From an uncultured Prevotella sp. (GTDB lineage: Bacteria > Bacteroidota > Bacteroidia > Bacteroidales > Bacteroidaceae), in the NCBI GenBank assembly GCA_944320255.1, contig CALUGU010000002.1:10706-74705 (forward strand): a DNA stretch of 64,000 bases, in the 5' to 3' direction. The notes below the pieces were generated by a model. That model did no database searches. It had not been told where the DNA came from and worked only from the letters and a program-made list of their open reading frames with translations. Position numbers and translations under genes: made by a program. Shown one piece after another: positions 8,742 to 18,864 of this stretch; position 1 is the first letter of the stretch; every line of letters starts with the position of its first letter.

Positions 8742-10754
8742 TTATTTATTATAGTTCTCCAAACCCTTGTTGATGAACTCCATGTACTTGGATATGTCCT
8801 CGTCATAGCTGTAAGAGCCGGCCAGGGGCTGGCCTTTCGCGTCGATGATGACGTAGAACGGCTGGGCGTTGGCGCCGAACTTGCTGCGCTGCAAGTAGCT
8901 CCACTTGTCGCCGACGGTGCGCAAAGTGCGCTTCTTCCCGTTCTCAACCACCTCGATGGTCTTGTCCAACGGCGTCTTGTCATCAACGTAGAGTGATACC
9001 AAAACGAAGTCGTTGTTGAGCTTGTCAGCCACCTGCGGGTCGGTCCATACGGCGGCTTCCATCTTACGGCAGTTGACGCATCCGAAGCCCGTAAAGTCTA
9101 TCATGACAGGCTTCCCTTCGGCTGCGGCAGTGGCCATGGCCTGCTCATAGTTGGTGAAGCGCGGCTTCACCTCGTTGTGGTAGAGGTTGAAGTCCTGCGT
9201 GTTCATAGGCGGAGCGAATGCGCTGACGGCCTTGCAGGGCGCGCCCCAGAGGCCCGGCACCATGTAAACCGAGAACGCCAGCGAAATCAAGCCGAGCATG
9301 ATGCACGGCACGGGCATTGCCTCGGTGGAGTCGCCGTCGCTCTTGAACTTGAGTTTGCCGATGAGATAGAGGCCGAGCAGCCCGAAGATGACAATCCAAA
9401 GGGCGAGGAACACTTCGCGGTCAAGCAGCCCCCATCCGTAAGCAAGGTCGGCCACGGAGAAGAACTTGAGGGCGAAGGCCAGCTCGATGAAGCCGAGCAC
9501 CACCTTGATGGTGTTCATCCATCCGCCCGACTTGGGCGCCTGCTTGAGCCATGTGGGGAACAGGGCGAACAGCGTGAACGGCAGGGCCAGGGCTATGGCG
9601 AAGCCAAGCATGCCGACGGCGGGGCCGATGATGTTGCCCGACGTGCTGACCTCAACGAGCAGGAAGCCGATGATGGGGCCGGTGCACGAGAACGACACGA
9701 GCGTAAGCGTGAACGCCATGAGGAATATGCTGAGCAGTCCGCTCGTTGAAGAAGCCTTGTTGTCCACCTTGTTAGTCCACGAAGACGGCAGCGTAAGCTC
9801 GAACCATCCGAAGAAAGACAGGGCGAACACTACCAGGAGCAGGCAGAAGAAGATGTTGAACACGGCGTTGGTTGACAGCGCGTTGAGCGCGCTCGCGCCG
9901 AGGATGAGCGTGATGGCGAGGCCGAGCACAAGGTAAATCACGACAATCGAGATACCGTATGTTATGGCGTCGCGTATGCCCTTCTTCTTGTCCTTGGAGC
10001 GTTTCAGGAAGAAGCTGACGGTCATCGGGATGATGGGCCACACGCAGGGAGTGAACAGGGCGACAAGTCCGCCGATGAAACCCATGAAGAATATGTAAAT
10101 CCAAGAGTGGTCGGCGCTGCCCTGGCCGCCGTTGTAAGCCTGAAGCTCGTCGATGACCGGCGTCCAAAGACCTGTGGTGTCAACGTTAGCCGGCACAGCC
10201 GCGACCATGCTGTCCGTGGCGGCAGAGTCGGCCACGGCTACGCTGTCGGCCTTGGCCGCGGCGTCTTCCACGGCCGCTTCAGGCGCGTCGGCGGGGCCTT
10301 GCCCCTTGAAGTCGAACTCCACTTGGGTGGGAGGCATGCACATCTGGTCGTTGCAAGCCCCATACTCAAGGTATCCCTTGACGTGGTAAGTCTTTGCGGT
10401 AATCTTGTATTTCTGCACGAACGTGGCGGTCTTCTCAAAGAAGCGGAGCGTCATGCCGAACATTTCGTCGTGCTGGCTTATCACCTTTCCCCTCGGCGTC
10501 AACGAGCCTACGGGCTTCAGGCCCTCCGTTGCGTCGGTGTGGATTGAGGCCGACGTGGGGCCGCCGTCAGGCATTCCTGTGGAATAAACGTGCCACCCGG
10601 CGTCGATTTTCGCCGTGAATACGACCTCGATTTCGTCCGGCGCGGTCTTCTTCTGGCTCACGCTGAAGTGCACGGGGTCTTGCATCTGTGCGGCCGCCGA
10701 CAGGCAGAAAACAGTCAGCAGCAGCGTAATGAATGTAGCCTTTATCTGTTTCAT
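8742..10754 (-). CDS. dsbD: DsbD/CcdA-family thiol:disulfide interchange protein
   Basis: N-terminal CNDQMC domain, TM core with FTPCVWPIIP and FSCTGPIIG, C-terminal thioredoxin FTGFGCVNCRKME. Confidence 0.9.
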   Translation of the reverse strand: MKQIKATFITLLLTVFCLSAAAQMQDPVHFSVSQKKTAPDEIEVVFTAKIDAGWHVYSTGMPDGGPTSASIHTDATEGLKPVGSLTPRGKVISQHDEMFGMTLRFFEKTATFVQKYKITAKTYHVKGYLEYGACNDQMCMPPTQVEFDFKGQGPADAPEAAVEDAAAKADSVAVADSAATDSMVAAVPANVDTTGLWTPVIDELQAYNGGQGSADHSWIYIFFMGFIGGLVALFTPCVWPIIPMTVSFFLKRSKDKKKGIRDAITYGISIVVIYLVLGLAITLILGASALNALSTNAVFNIFFCLLLVVFALSFFGWFELTLPSSWTNKVDNKASSTSGLLSIFLMAFTLTLVSFSCTGPIIGFLLVEVSTSGNIIGPAVGMLGFAIALALPFTLFALFPTWLKQAPKSGGWMNTIKVVLGFIELAFALKFFSVADLAYGWGLLDREVFLALWIVIFGLLGLYLIGKLKFKSDGDSTEAMPVPCIMLGLISLAFSVYMVPGLWGAPCKAVSAFAPPMNTQDFNLYHNEVKPRFTNYEQAMATAAAEGKPVMIDFTGFGCVNCRKMEAAVWTDPQVADKLNNDFVLVSLYVDDKTPLDKTIEVVENGKKRTLRTVGDKWSYLQRSKFGANAQPFYVIIDAKGQPLAGSYSYDEDISKYMEFINKGLENYNK

Positions 10755-10895
10755 ATCGTTAGTTGTTATTGTTTTCTTGATTGGGAAGACTGGGAGAACC
10801 GGGAGTCATGGGAGCACCGGGTGATGCGGGAAACCGAGGCTGACGCCTAAGTATTCACTCTCAACTCTTCATTCTCCGCTCTCCACTCTTAACTT

Positions 10896-12182
10896 TTAAC
10901 TCTTATGTGTCATTATGTCGAGCACGAAGCGGTCGGTCTCGTCCATTCCGCGGCGGCCTATCTCGGTGAGGTTGCGTATGCTCTGGTCAACGTCGTCGTC
11001 GATGATGCCCTCCACCGAGGTTACGTGCTTGTTCTGTATGGCGAGCATCGCGCTAAGGATGGCGGTGCTTACGCCCGACGTCAGCTTCAAGGCACAGCTC
11101 GGCTTGGCGCCGTCGCAAATCATTCCGGTGAGGTTGGCAATCATGTTCTTCACGGCGAAAGATATTTGCTCGTAGCTGCCGCCCATAAGATACGTCATGC
11201 CGCAGCTGCTGCCCGTGCTGGCAACGACGCACCCGCAGAGGGCGGAAAGCGTGCCGAGGTGCTGCTTGATGTAGATGGCCGTGAGGTTGCTTATTATCAA
11301 GGCGCGGATGGTCTCCTCCTCGGTGTTGTGGTTTTCCTCGGCGAACACGGCCACGGGCATCGTGGCGCAGATGCCCTGGTTGCCGCTGCCGCTGTTGCTC
11401 ATCACGGGAATCATGGCTCCGGCCATGCGCGCGTCGCAGGCGCAACTGGTGGCCGAGAGCACCTTTGAGAAGATGCCTTCGCCCATTATTCCGCGCCCCA
11501 AGGGGCTGCAGAGGGTCTTGCCGAGCTGGTGGCCGAAGTTCTCGCGCAGGCCGTCGGCGGCGGCCGCCTCGTTCATGTCGCGCGCCTCAAGGATGAAGCG
11601 CAGCTCTTCGACGTCGGTCTCCGTGGCGAACTCGTACACCTTCCGCAGCGTCAGCTCGACGTCCTCGCCCTGTTCGGCGTTGGCTGCGCACACGGGCTTG
11701 TCGATGATGACGTCGGCGTCGCGGCGCAGGTAGACGAAGTTGGTGTGCTCCGTGGCGATGCGTGCCTCGGCCTCATGGCCGCCGGCGGCGCACTTCACCA
11801 CGATGTAGAGCTTGGCGGGGGCGGCCTCGTCGAGGCTTATGCGTATGCGCCCTTCGGCTATGTACTTCTTGCCGCGCTCCACGGCGGCCTTGTCGCAGTC
11901 TTGCAGCACTTCCAGCTCAAGCTCCGAACGGCCTATGAGCGCGCCGAGGGCCACGGCTATCGGCAGGCCCGTCATGCCCGTGCCGGGTATGCCCACGCCC
12001 ATCGCGTTCTTCAGGATGTTGGCGCTCAGGCTTATCTCTATCTTTTCAGGCAGCGAGCCGAGGGTTTCCCTGGCTTTTGCCACGCAGAGAGCCACGGCTA
12101 TAGGCTCGGTGCAGCCAATGGCAGGCACCACCTGGCGGTGGATCAGCGAGACAATGGCGTTCTTTTCTTCGGTTGTCAGCAT
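10896..12182 (-). CDS. L-cysteine desulfidase / serine dehydratase alpha-like protein (YhaM/CyuA, UPF0597 type)
   Basis: GCTEP, RMAG...PVMSNSGSGNQG, SALCGC and GMICDGAKPSCALK motifs. Confidence 0.85.
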   Translation of the reverse strand: MLTTEEKNAIVSLIHRQVVPAIGCTEPIAVALCVAKARETLGSLPEKIEISLSANILKNAMGVGIPGTGMTGLPIAVALGALIGRSELELEVLQDCDKAAVERGKKYIAEGRIRISLDEAAPAKLYIVVKCAAGGHEAEARIATEHTNFVYLRRDADVIIDKPVCAANAEQGEDVELTLRKVYEFATETDVEELRFILEARDMNEAAAADGLRENFGHQLGKTLCSPLGRGIMGEGIFSKVLSATSCACDARMAGAMIPVMSNSGSGNQGICATMPVAVFAEENHNTEEETIRALIISNLTAIYIKQHLGTLSALCGCVVASTGSSCGMTYLMGGSYEQISFAVKNMIANLTGMICDGAKPSCALKLTSGVSTAILSAMLAIQNKHVTSVEGIIDDDVDQSIRNLTEIGRRGMDETDRFVLDIMTHKS

Positions 12183-12294
12183 GTCTTTTTTATGTTTTTC
12201 CTTTCAACCTGCAAAATTACGAAATAAACCTTGAAAAAAAAGTTTTTCGCCTTAAAAATTTATCAACAAAAATTGCGTCTCAGGCTGTTTTCAT

Positions 12295-12430
12295 AACACA
12301 TTGATAACCAAGGCATTGCAAAACACCGTAAATCAGGCCGCAAAAGGTGGCATTTTGCAAGGTGATTTGCCGTAAAACGCAATGCCGTTTGCCGTGAGTT
12401 GCAAGGCGCGGGGCAAACAACGGCACGTCA
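12295..12430. repeat. AAAAG..CTTTT family intergenic repeat
   Basis: GCAAAAGGTGGCATTTTGCA and GATTTGCCGTAAAACGCA units similar to 3378..3500. Confidence 0.6.
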
Positions 12431-12534
12431 ACACCAGACACACGTTGAAGCGTCCGCCGCCTTGGCAGACCCCGCACGGCGACGGCGCGGCTCCGCCTTA
12501 CGCACATAATCGAGCTTCTTTCACTTACCTTCAA

Positions 12535-12617
12535 CCCCAAATCGGTCATTAGAACGCTAATCATACATTCCTGATTTATTACCAGCTCTTCGGATAAAGC
12601 CTAATGACAGATTGGGA
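12535..12617. mobile_element. MITE-like element (83 bp), TIR CCCCAAATCGGTCATTAG
   Basis: Ends CCCCAAATCGGTCATTAG / CTAATGACAGATTGGGA, flanks TTCAA/TTTAA; inverted homolog at 29298..29379. Confidence 0.6.
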
Positions 12618-12678
12618 TTTAAAATATTATTAGTATATTTGCATAAAATAATTTAACCTGGCAAACAATTCAGAAATC

Positions 12679-15366
12679 ATGGAAAAGCATAACGGAAGAA
12701 TACGCCTATTGGCATTACTGGCAGCACAATGCCTGGCGGCAACATCCGCCGGCGCGGCTGACGTCATCATCCCGGCGGCGCAATACGACCTGAGATGGGG
12801 CACGGTGGTAATCCCGGAACAAAGCATCGAGGACGTGCGGCCGACTGATTATGTGTACTTTTTCGTAACAAACGTTCCTAAAGGATTTGAGCTTACGAAC
12901 TTGAAGATGAACGGCTCAAAGTACATCCATTCGTTCCAGCCCGACAACAACAACGGCTCAATAACGTATGAGACTTACACACAGATAAAATCCTTGGAGC
13001 TTGACGCAAGGCCCCTGCCCATCACTTCGCCGGAAGACCTGGCCAACGTTGTGAACGGCTTTGTACCGAACGGCGCAAGGGTGAACGGCGAGGGGGAGGT
13101 GGAGCTGCTTGGCAAGATCAAGCCCGATTACAACAACTACTCCCAAGCATACCGTGAGCCTTGGAAGATTACAGCCGACATCACCGCCAAAGGAAGCGGC
13201 GGGGATTGCGACGACGACGGTTACAGGGGCGTCTGTGGATTTGACATCGAGATAGAAGACTCTTACATCGTCTCGGAAAACGCATTTGGCCACAATTACC
13301 TTAAGATCACCAATTCAACCATCGCCTTCAAGGGGCCTGACACCTTTACCATCGAAAGCATCAACATATCCACCAAGGGGGACGTGACTTTCAAGGGTGT
13401 TTACGACGATGACGACGAAAGGCGCGACGACGACTGCCCTAACGGCAACAAAACAGTTGGCTTTATATTTGACGACGTGGCCGATTCAAACATAACATTC
13501 GAGAGCCTTTTTGTCTTGCCGAGTGATTTCACGATAGGCCAGTCAACAAGCATCAGCTTCAAGGATTGTTTTTACGCGGCATCATCAGCTTCCGACATAA
13601 TGACAATCAACGGAGGCAAGGCAGAAGTGCAGGATTGCCAGTGGGGATACACTTCAGACACAAGCCACCCGTATCTGCTGGTTGAAAGCGGCAGCCTACA
13701 GGTAAGCCGTTCGCGGGTGAGCAGCGTCACGGCCAATGGCAAGGATGCGGAAATAGAGATAAACAGCGGCTTTTTTGAAGCCCTTACCGTAAACGACGGC
13801 AAAGTAACGGTCAACAACGGCCACTTCCCTAACGGCATCACCGTGACGGGCGGCTCGCTGGAAATGAACGGAGGCACGGCTGCCATACTCGCCGTTAATG
13901 ACGCAAAATGCGACATCGAGCTGAACAACTGCCTGCTCGGAGGGATAAAAATACCCAGCGAGGTGAACAAATCAATCTGGTCGATGCTTGGAGACAACGC
14001 CGGATACTACGACCGAGACAACACTTACATGCCTTTCAGGCTTGAGGAAATCGAGGGCCGAGACGAGACCGAAGGCTCAATCATCACGGCCACCACCTAT
14101 CCCGTGTCTTTCGTGTTCAGTAATTTCAGCTCCGCGCCAACGCCCGCCTACACCGCCGCGCTGGGAGCCGACGTAGGGCCTCACGGCACGGACATAAAGG
14201 TGCGCGCCAACGGCGACCTTGAAATCCTGACCCCGGAAGGCATGGCGTGGCTCGCGTTCTCCGCCTGCGACACCCACGGCCGCGTGAAAACGGGGCGCGA
14301 ATATTTCGACAACGGCAAAGACTGGTACCTCATGGCCGACTTGGACATGGCGGGATATGGCAACCTTTGGCCAAAGTTCAGCATAAGCGGCAGAACATTT
14401 TACGGACAACGCCACCGCATTTACAACCTTGACATCATCCGCCCCGACGCAAGTTTCATCAACACCATAGGCGAAAACGCCGTCGTGCGCGACCTTATTG
14501 TCGAGGGGAGTTCAAACAACATGAAAGACGAAGGAGGGCGCATGCCAGACAACCGCTCGAACCGGATACATTACGACGTGGCAGGGTTTGCACTAACCAA
14601 CCAAGGGCTGATAGTGAATTGCGCGTACAAGGGCGGCGTGTGGAACAGCGCCTTAGGCGGTGTAGACTGGGCCGGCTTTGTAAGATACAACAAAGGATGG
14701 ATTGAAAACTGTTACGCAGCACCGTGCAATGAGATCGTTGGCGGAGCGCGCTACGCCGGCGACACAATGGCGAACGCTTACGTCTGCGGTCCGGGCGAAT
14801 TCTATCGGGGAGCCGGCTTTACGTACCAAAACAACGGACACATCAATAACGGCTATTTCGGCGGCAAGGCGTCATACGGGACCGACCTTCCCGACGAAGA
14901 CGGAATATGGATACGCTTCTCACCTGACGTAAATATGAACAACAATGAAATTTCGGGCTTGTACTACCTTGACTCCGACATCTCGGCGGAAACGCTGAAC
15001 GCCAACGCTCTTGGGCATACGCCCGAAAAGCACGACGGAGACAAGCATCCTTACGTGGAATGGGCCGGATGGGCCGCGAACGAAGCCAAGCAGTGCGGCA
15101 GGCCGTATTTCGTATGGGAGACGGAACTGAACGACACGCCGTCCGGCATCACCGACGCGGCTAACGCGCAAGACGACTTATCCGTGTGGGCCGCCGACGG
15201 GACACTGTATGTAAAAAGCGGCGGGGATGCAAACATTTGCATCTATTCAGCCAACGGCGTCCTGCGCGGACGTTACACCGCCAAGGAAGGAACAATACGC
15301 GTCGCACTGCCAAAGGGGACTTACATCGTAACCAACGGCAAGAGCAACAGAAAAATAACGTTTTAA
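12679..15366 (+). CDS. Secreted beta-helix/GLUG-like protein with T9SS-type C-terminal domain
   Basis: Signal peptide; repetitive beta-rich region; FINTIGENAVVRDLIVEG...AGFALTNQGLIVNC; C-terminus IYSANGVLRGRY...LPKGTYIVTNGKSNRKITF. Confidence 0.7.
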   Translation: MEKHNGRIRLLALLAAQCLAATSAGAADVIIPAAQYDLRWGTVVIPEQSIEDVRPTDYVYFFVTNVPKGFELTNLKMNGSKYIHSFQPDNNNGSITYETYTQIKSLELDARPLPITSPEDLANVVNGFVPNGARVNGEGEVELLGKIKPDYNNYSQAYREPWKITADITAKGSGGDCDDDGYRGVCGFDIEIEDSYIVSENAFGHNYLKITNSTIAFKGPDTFTIESINISTKGDVTFKGVYDDDDERRDDDCPNGNKTVGFIFDDVADSNITFESLFVLPSDFTIGQSTSISFKDCFYAASSASDIMTINGGKAEVQDCQWGYTSDTSHPYLLVESGSLQVSRSRVSSVTANGKDAEIEINSGFFEALTVNDGKVTVNNGHFPNGITVTGGSLEMNGGTAAILAVNDAKCDIELNNCLLGGIKIPSEVNKSIWSMLGDNAGYYDRDNTYMPFRLEEIEGRDETEGSIITATTYPVSFVFSNFSSAPTPAYTAALGADVGPHGTDIKVRANGDLEILTPEGMAWLAFSACDTHGRVKTGREYFDNGKDWYLMADLDMAGYGNLWPKFSISGRTFYGQRHRIYNLDIIRPDASFINTIGENAVVRDLIVEGSSNNMKDEGGRMPDNRSNRIHYDVAGFALTNQGLIVNCAYKGGVWNSALGGVDWAGFVRYNKGWIENCYAAPCNEIVGGARYAGDTMANAYVCGPGEFYRGAGFTYQNNGHINNGYFGGKASYGTDLPDEDGIWIRFSPDVNMNNNEISGLYYLDSDISAETLNANALGHTPEKHDGDKHPYVEWAGWAANEAKQCGRPYFVWETELNDTPSGITDAANAQDDLSVWAADGTLYVKSGGDANICIYSANGVLRGRYTAKEGTIRVALPKGTYIVTNGKSNRKITF

Positions 15367-15424
15367 GCACATTTAACTTGCCTGTACGGCAGTTATTTCG
15401 TATTTTTGTAACAATTACTCAAAC

Positions 15425-16378
15425 ATGCGCACAAGCCAAGGAAGGAAAATGCTGGAAGCCGCAGTCTGCACCGTGGCCGCCGCGCTCTGCCTGCTGTCGT
15501 GCTCGCAAGGCGGCGAAGGCAAGGTGCGCTCCGTGTACTACTGGAGCACGGTGATGGACATCGACTCGGCCAAGCAGCGTTTTCTTGGCGAATACGGTGT
15601 CAACAGGATGTACGTGAGGTACTTCGACGTAGTTCCGGGCGACGACGGGCGGCCCGCGCCGAACGCCACGCTGCGCTTCAAGACGGCTGCGCCGGCGGGC
15701 GTGGAGATAGTGCCGGCGGTGTACATAGTGAACGACTGCATGGCGGGTGACACCGCCGGACTGGCCGAGAGGATATTCAGCCGAGTGACGCAAATGAGCG
15801 AGACGAACGACGTGAGGGGCGTCCGTGAGATTCAGATTGACTGCGACTGGACGCGGCGCACGCGCGGGCGTTACTTCGGTTTCCTGCGCACGCTCTCGGC
15901 TTTGGCCAAGGCCGAGGGCGTGGAGGTGTCGGCCACGATACGCCTGCACCAGCTTGCCGAAAGCCCGCCGCCCGTAAGCCATGGAGTGCTGATGATGTAT
16001 AACACGGGCGACTTCACCGACATTGCCTGCCAAAAGCCCATCCTCGACACGCGCGACGCCGCGCCATACCTGCGCCACCTGCGCGGATACGCCCTGCCCT
16101 TGGCCACGGCTTACCCGATATATTCGTGGCGCATACTGTTCCGCCGGGGCAAGTACGTCGGCATAATGCACCGCGACGACGACCTGCCCGTGCTGCCGGG
16201 CGACTCCATCGTGACGCGCACGCCGGCCATGGGAGACATCATGGAAGCGGCGCGGGCCGTGACGCGGCGGCGCGGGGACGCCAACCGGGAGGTGATTTTA
16301 TTTGATTTAAGCAAACAAAACATAACACGATATAAACCCGAAGACTATGAAACGATTTATAATTGCGGCGGCGTTTAG
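15425..16378 (+). CDS. Lipoprotein with GH18-like TIM barrel (DUF3142-like)
   Basis: Lipobox LLSC; EIQIDCDW...YFGFLRTL...VSATIRLHQ; VLMMYN. Confidence 0.6.
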   Translation: MRTSQGRKMLEAAVCTVAAALCLLSCSQGGEGKVRSVYYWSTVMDIDSAKQRFLGEYGVNRMYVRYFDVVPGDDGRPAPNATLRFKTAAPAGVEIVPAVYIVNDCMAGDTAGLAERIFSRVTQMSETNDVRGVREIQIDCDWTRRTRGRYFGFLRTLSALAKAEGVEVSATIRLHQLAESPPPVSHGVLMMYNTGDFTDIACQKPILDTRDAAPYLRHLRGYALPLATAYPIYSWRILFRRGKYVGIMHRDDDLPVLPGDSIVTRTPAMGDIMEAARAVTRRRGDANREVILFDLSKQNITRYKPEDYETIYNCGGV

Positions 16379-18491
16379 CCTCACCGTGGCGGCGGACGCC
16401 TTGGCTTGCGCCTTTGAAGGGCCTACGCACAACGCCTACGTGTTCAGCGTGTTCAGGCGCGAAAGGATGCAGTCGCCCTTCCGCGAGGACATGAACGACT
16501 GGTGGAAACGCTACGGCGGCGAACCTGCCAGCCGCGACTACTCATACTACGAATGGAACCACGACCGCCTGGCTGACATCGCCCGGCGTAAGGGCGACGA
16601 GGCGATGCTGACGTACATGCGCCTGCTGGACGCTTACCTCGAAGTTAGCCGCAACGTGTCGATGGACTCGTGGGACTATCCCACGAAGCAGGAACTGGCC
16701 TCGCGCGACAGCACCCTGCGCGCCATACTGGCCGAGACGCAAGCCTACAAGGGGCGGAGCCTGCGCGGACAGTTCGCCCTGATGACGATGCGCGCCAACA
16801 TGATGCTGGGACGCGACAAGGCGAACATGCTCTACTGGACGGCCACGGCGGCCAAACTGCCCGGCGGGGTGTGGCGCGACGTGTGCCGCAACATCTACGC
16901 CCGCGCGCTGCTCAACAGCGGACTGCGCCGCGAGGCGTGCGAAATCTACGCCGAACAGGGCGACATGCAGAGCATCAGCTACTGCATGCGAGGCTACCGC
17001 AACATGGCGGGGATAAGGAAAGTGCAGGCCGAGGACCCGTCGTCGCACACCTTATTATATTTAGTGCAAGACCTTGTGAACAACTATCAGGAAACGCTCG
17101 ACGGAGACTTTCCCATAGGGTCGAACAACGTGCGCAACGTGACGCGAGCCGAAGCGGCGGAGTTCACGGCCTTCGCCGACAGCGTGGCGCGCAGCGGACA
17201 GACGCCCTGGCCGTGCCTCTGGGAGAGCGCGGCGGCGATGATTGCCTACCTGGCGGGCGACGCCGAAGCCGCCCTCAGCCTCGCCGACAGGGCCGTGGAA
17301 ATGAAAGGTACGGAGCGCATGAAGGACAACGCGCGCTGCATACGCCTCTTGGTAAAAGCCTCAACAATGCCTCTCGGCGACAAAAGGACGTCAGAATGGC
17401 TGACGGATGAGATGCGCTGGCTCGACGGGAAAATCAACGACGAACGGGGAAATTCGGCTGACTACAACAACCATTACACCGACGTTAAAGAGCGCATAGT
17501 CTACAACGTGCTGGCAAAAAGGTACGGCGCGGCGGGCAAAAACCACATGACAACCGCGCTATACGGTATGATGGAAGAAAACGGCACTGACTTCGACTCG
17601 CGCCTGGCAGGACGCGACGCGCACATAAGACAGAACGGCGACGCTGCCTGGAACTTCACCTACTCGTTCTACAACGACTATTTCGACGCCATGACGTCGA
17701 TGCCCGCCGACAGCCTCGCGGCGTATTACGCTTGGCTCACGTCGGCCAAGACGGACGTCTTCGAGCACTACGTAGCCGAACAGGTGTACGGCGACAAGGA
17801 TTATTACAACGACCTCATCGGCACGCGCTACTTGGCCGAAGGCCGCTTCGCCGAAGCCCTGAAATGGCTCGAAAGAGTGCCGCTGGGCTTCTTGGCTACG
17901 CAGAACATCAGCTGGTACATGGCCTACCGCGACTTCACCGTGCCGCGCTGGTTCGCCCGGCAGAGGATGGACGTGCCCGACGCCGACGGCGCCAACCGCG
18001 CAACGCCCGCAAAGAACCTGAAAGTGGAATACTGCAAGGACATGCTCCGCCTCGAAGCAGAATACAACATAGCCGCCGAAGGCACACACCGCGACAGCCT
18101 CGGCTACGCCCTCGCCGTGCGCTGCTACCAAGCCTCGCCCTACGGCGACTGCTGGTTCCTCACGCACTACGGCCACAGCTCAAGCGACAGCGCACGCTCC
18201 GGCGAGCTTGACTTCGCCGCCGAGGCAGTGAAATATCTGGACGGCTGCGCCCAATCCACGGACATGACGCTGCGCTACCATGCGCTCTACGCCAAGGCGT
18301 CGATGACGTTCGACCCGTGGTACAGCGTAACCTTCGACGCCAACTACGACTTCGTGAACGTGCTCCGCCCGCAGTCATTCCAGTACAAAGCCCTCGCCGC
18401 ACTGGCCGACTTCGCCTCGGAACACCCGCAAGCCATCGACAGTTACACCACCCGCTGCGACGTCCTGCGCCGCTTCATGGCGTCAAAATAA
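16347..18491 (+). CDS. Exported alpha-helical (TPR-like) hypothetical protein
   Basis: 714 aa, signal ending ALAC, helical repeats such as RYLAEGRFAEALKWLERV; overlaps the upstream gene. Confidence 0.65.
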   Translation: MKRFIIAAAFSLTVAADALACAFEGPTHNAYVFSVFRRERMQSPFREDMNDWWKRYGGEPASRDYSYYEWNHDRLADIARRKGDEAMLTYMRLLDAYLEVSRNVSMDSWDYPTKQELASRDSTLRAILAETQAYKGRSLRGQFALMTMRANMMLGRDKANMLYWTATAAKLPGGVWRDVCRNIYARALLNSGLRREACEIYAEQGDMQSISYCMRGYRNMAGIRKVQAEDPSSHTLLYLVQDLVNNYQETLDGDFPIGSNNVRNVTRAEAAEFTAFADSVARSGQTPWPCLWESAAAMIAYLAGDAEAALSLADRAVEMKGTERMKDNARCIRLLVKASTMPLGDKRTSEWLTDEMRWLDGKINDERGNSADYNNHYTDVKERIVYNVLAKRYGAAGKNHMTTALYGMMEENGTDFDSRLAGRDAHIRQNGDAAWNFTYSFYNDYFDAMTSMPADSLAAYYAWLTSAKTDVFEHYVAEQVYGDKDYYNDLIGTRYLAEGRFAEALKWLERVPLGFLATQNISWYMAYRDFTVPRWFARQRMDVPDADGANRATPAKNLKVEYCKDMLRLEAEYNIAAEGTHRDSLGYALAVRCYQASPYGDCWFLTHYGHSSSDSARSGELDFAAEAVKYLDGCAQSTDMTLRYHALYAKASMTFDPWYSVTFDANYDFVNVLRPQSFQYKALAALADFASEHPQAIDSYTTRCDVLRRFMASK

Positions 18492-18642
18492 CCTCCGGCA
18501 AAGGCGTGTGAAATCAAAAAACAAGGCCCATCCTTGGTTTTTCGCCAAAAAGGATGTACCTTTGCACACGGTTTCAGCCTCGCGCACGCCGTCAAGCCGA
18601 CACTTGCCGACGCCGGAACGCAGGCCGGAACGCCACATCCGC

Positions 18643-18724
18643 GCACCCGTGGCGAAATTGGTAGACGCGCCAGACTTAGGATCTGGTGTCTCGCGACGTG
18701 TAGGTTCGAGTCCTATCGGGTGCA
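18643..18724 (+). tRNA. tRNA-Leu (anticodon TAG)
   Basis: Acceptor stem GCACCCG/CGGGTGC, D-loop TTGGTA, anticodon arm CCAGA-CTTAGGA-TCTGG, long variable arm, GTTCGAG T-loop; TACCTTTG promoter upstream; no encoded CCA. Confidence 0.97.
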
Positions 18725-18730
18725 CAAAAC

Positions 18731-18771
18731 AAATCCGCCAAATGGTTAATTGTCAACCATTTGGCGGATTT
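18731..18771. terminator. Intrinsic terminator between tRNA-Leu and the convergent polysaccharide locus
   Basis: Perfect 17-bp IR AAATCCGCCAAATGGTT/AACCATTTGGCGGATTT with a 7-nt loop. Confidence 0.8.
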
Positions 18772-18864
18772 GCTTATATAAAATCCAACTAAGCAACAGT
18801 CTGATGAAATCTTTACTTACATACATACGCTTCTGGATCTACATAACATTGGAGAAATTCGGGC

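Noticed and set aside
8434-8754. Short ORFs in repeat tracts (also 32941..33309, 32957..33175, 53804..54205)
   Set aside because: They are translations of the dispersed repeat families, with K/R/Q-biased low-complexity products.
18643-18771. tRNA-Leu as the attachment site of an island carrying the polysaccharide locus
   Set aside because: No integrase and no duplicated tRNA 3' end were found; the composition shift starts about 3 kb away.
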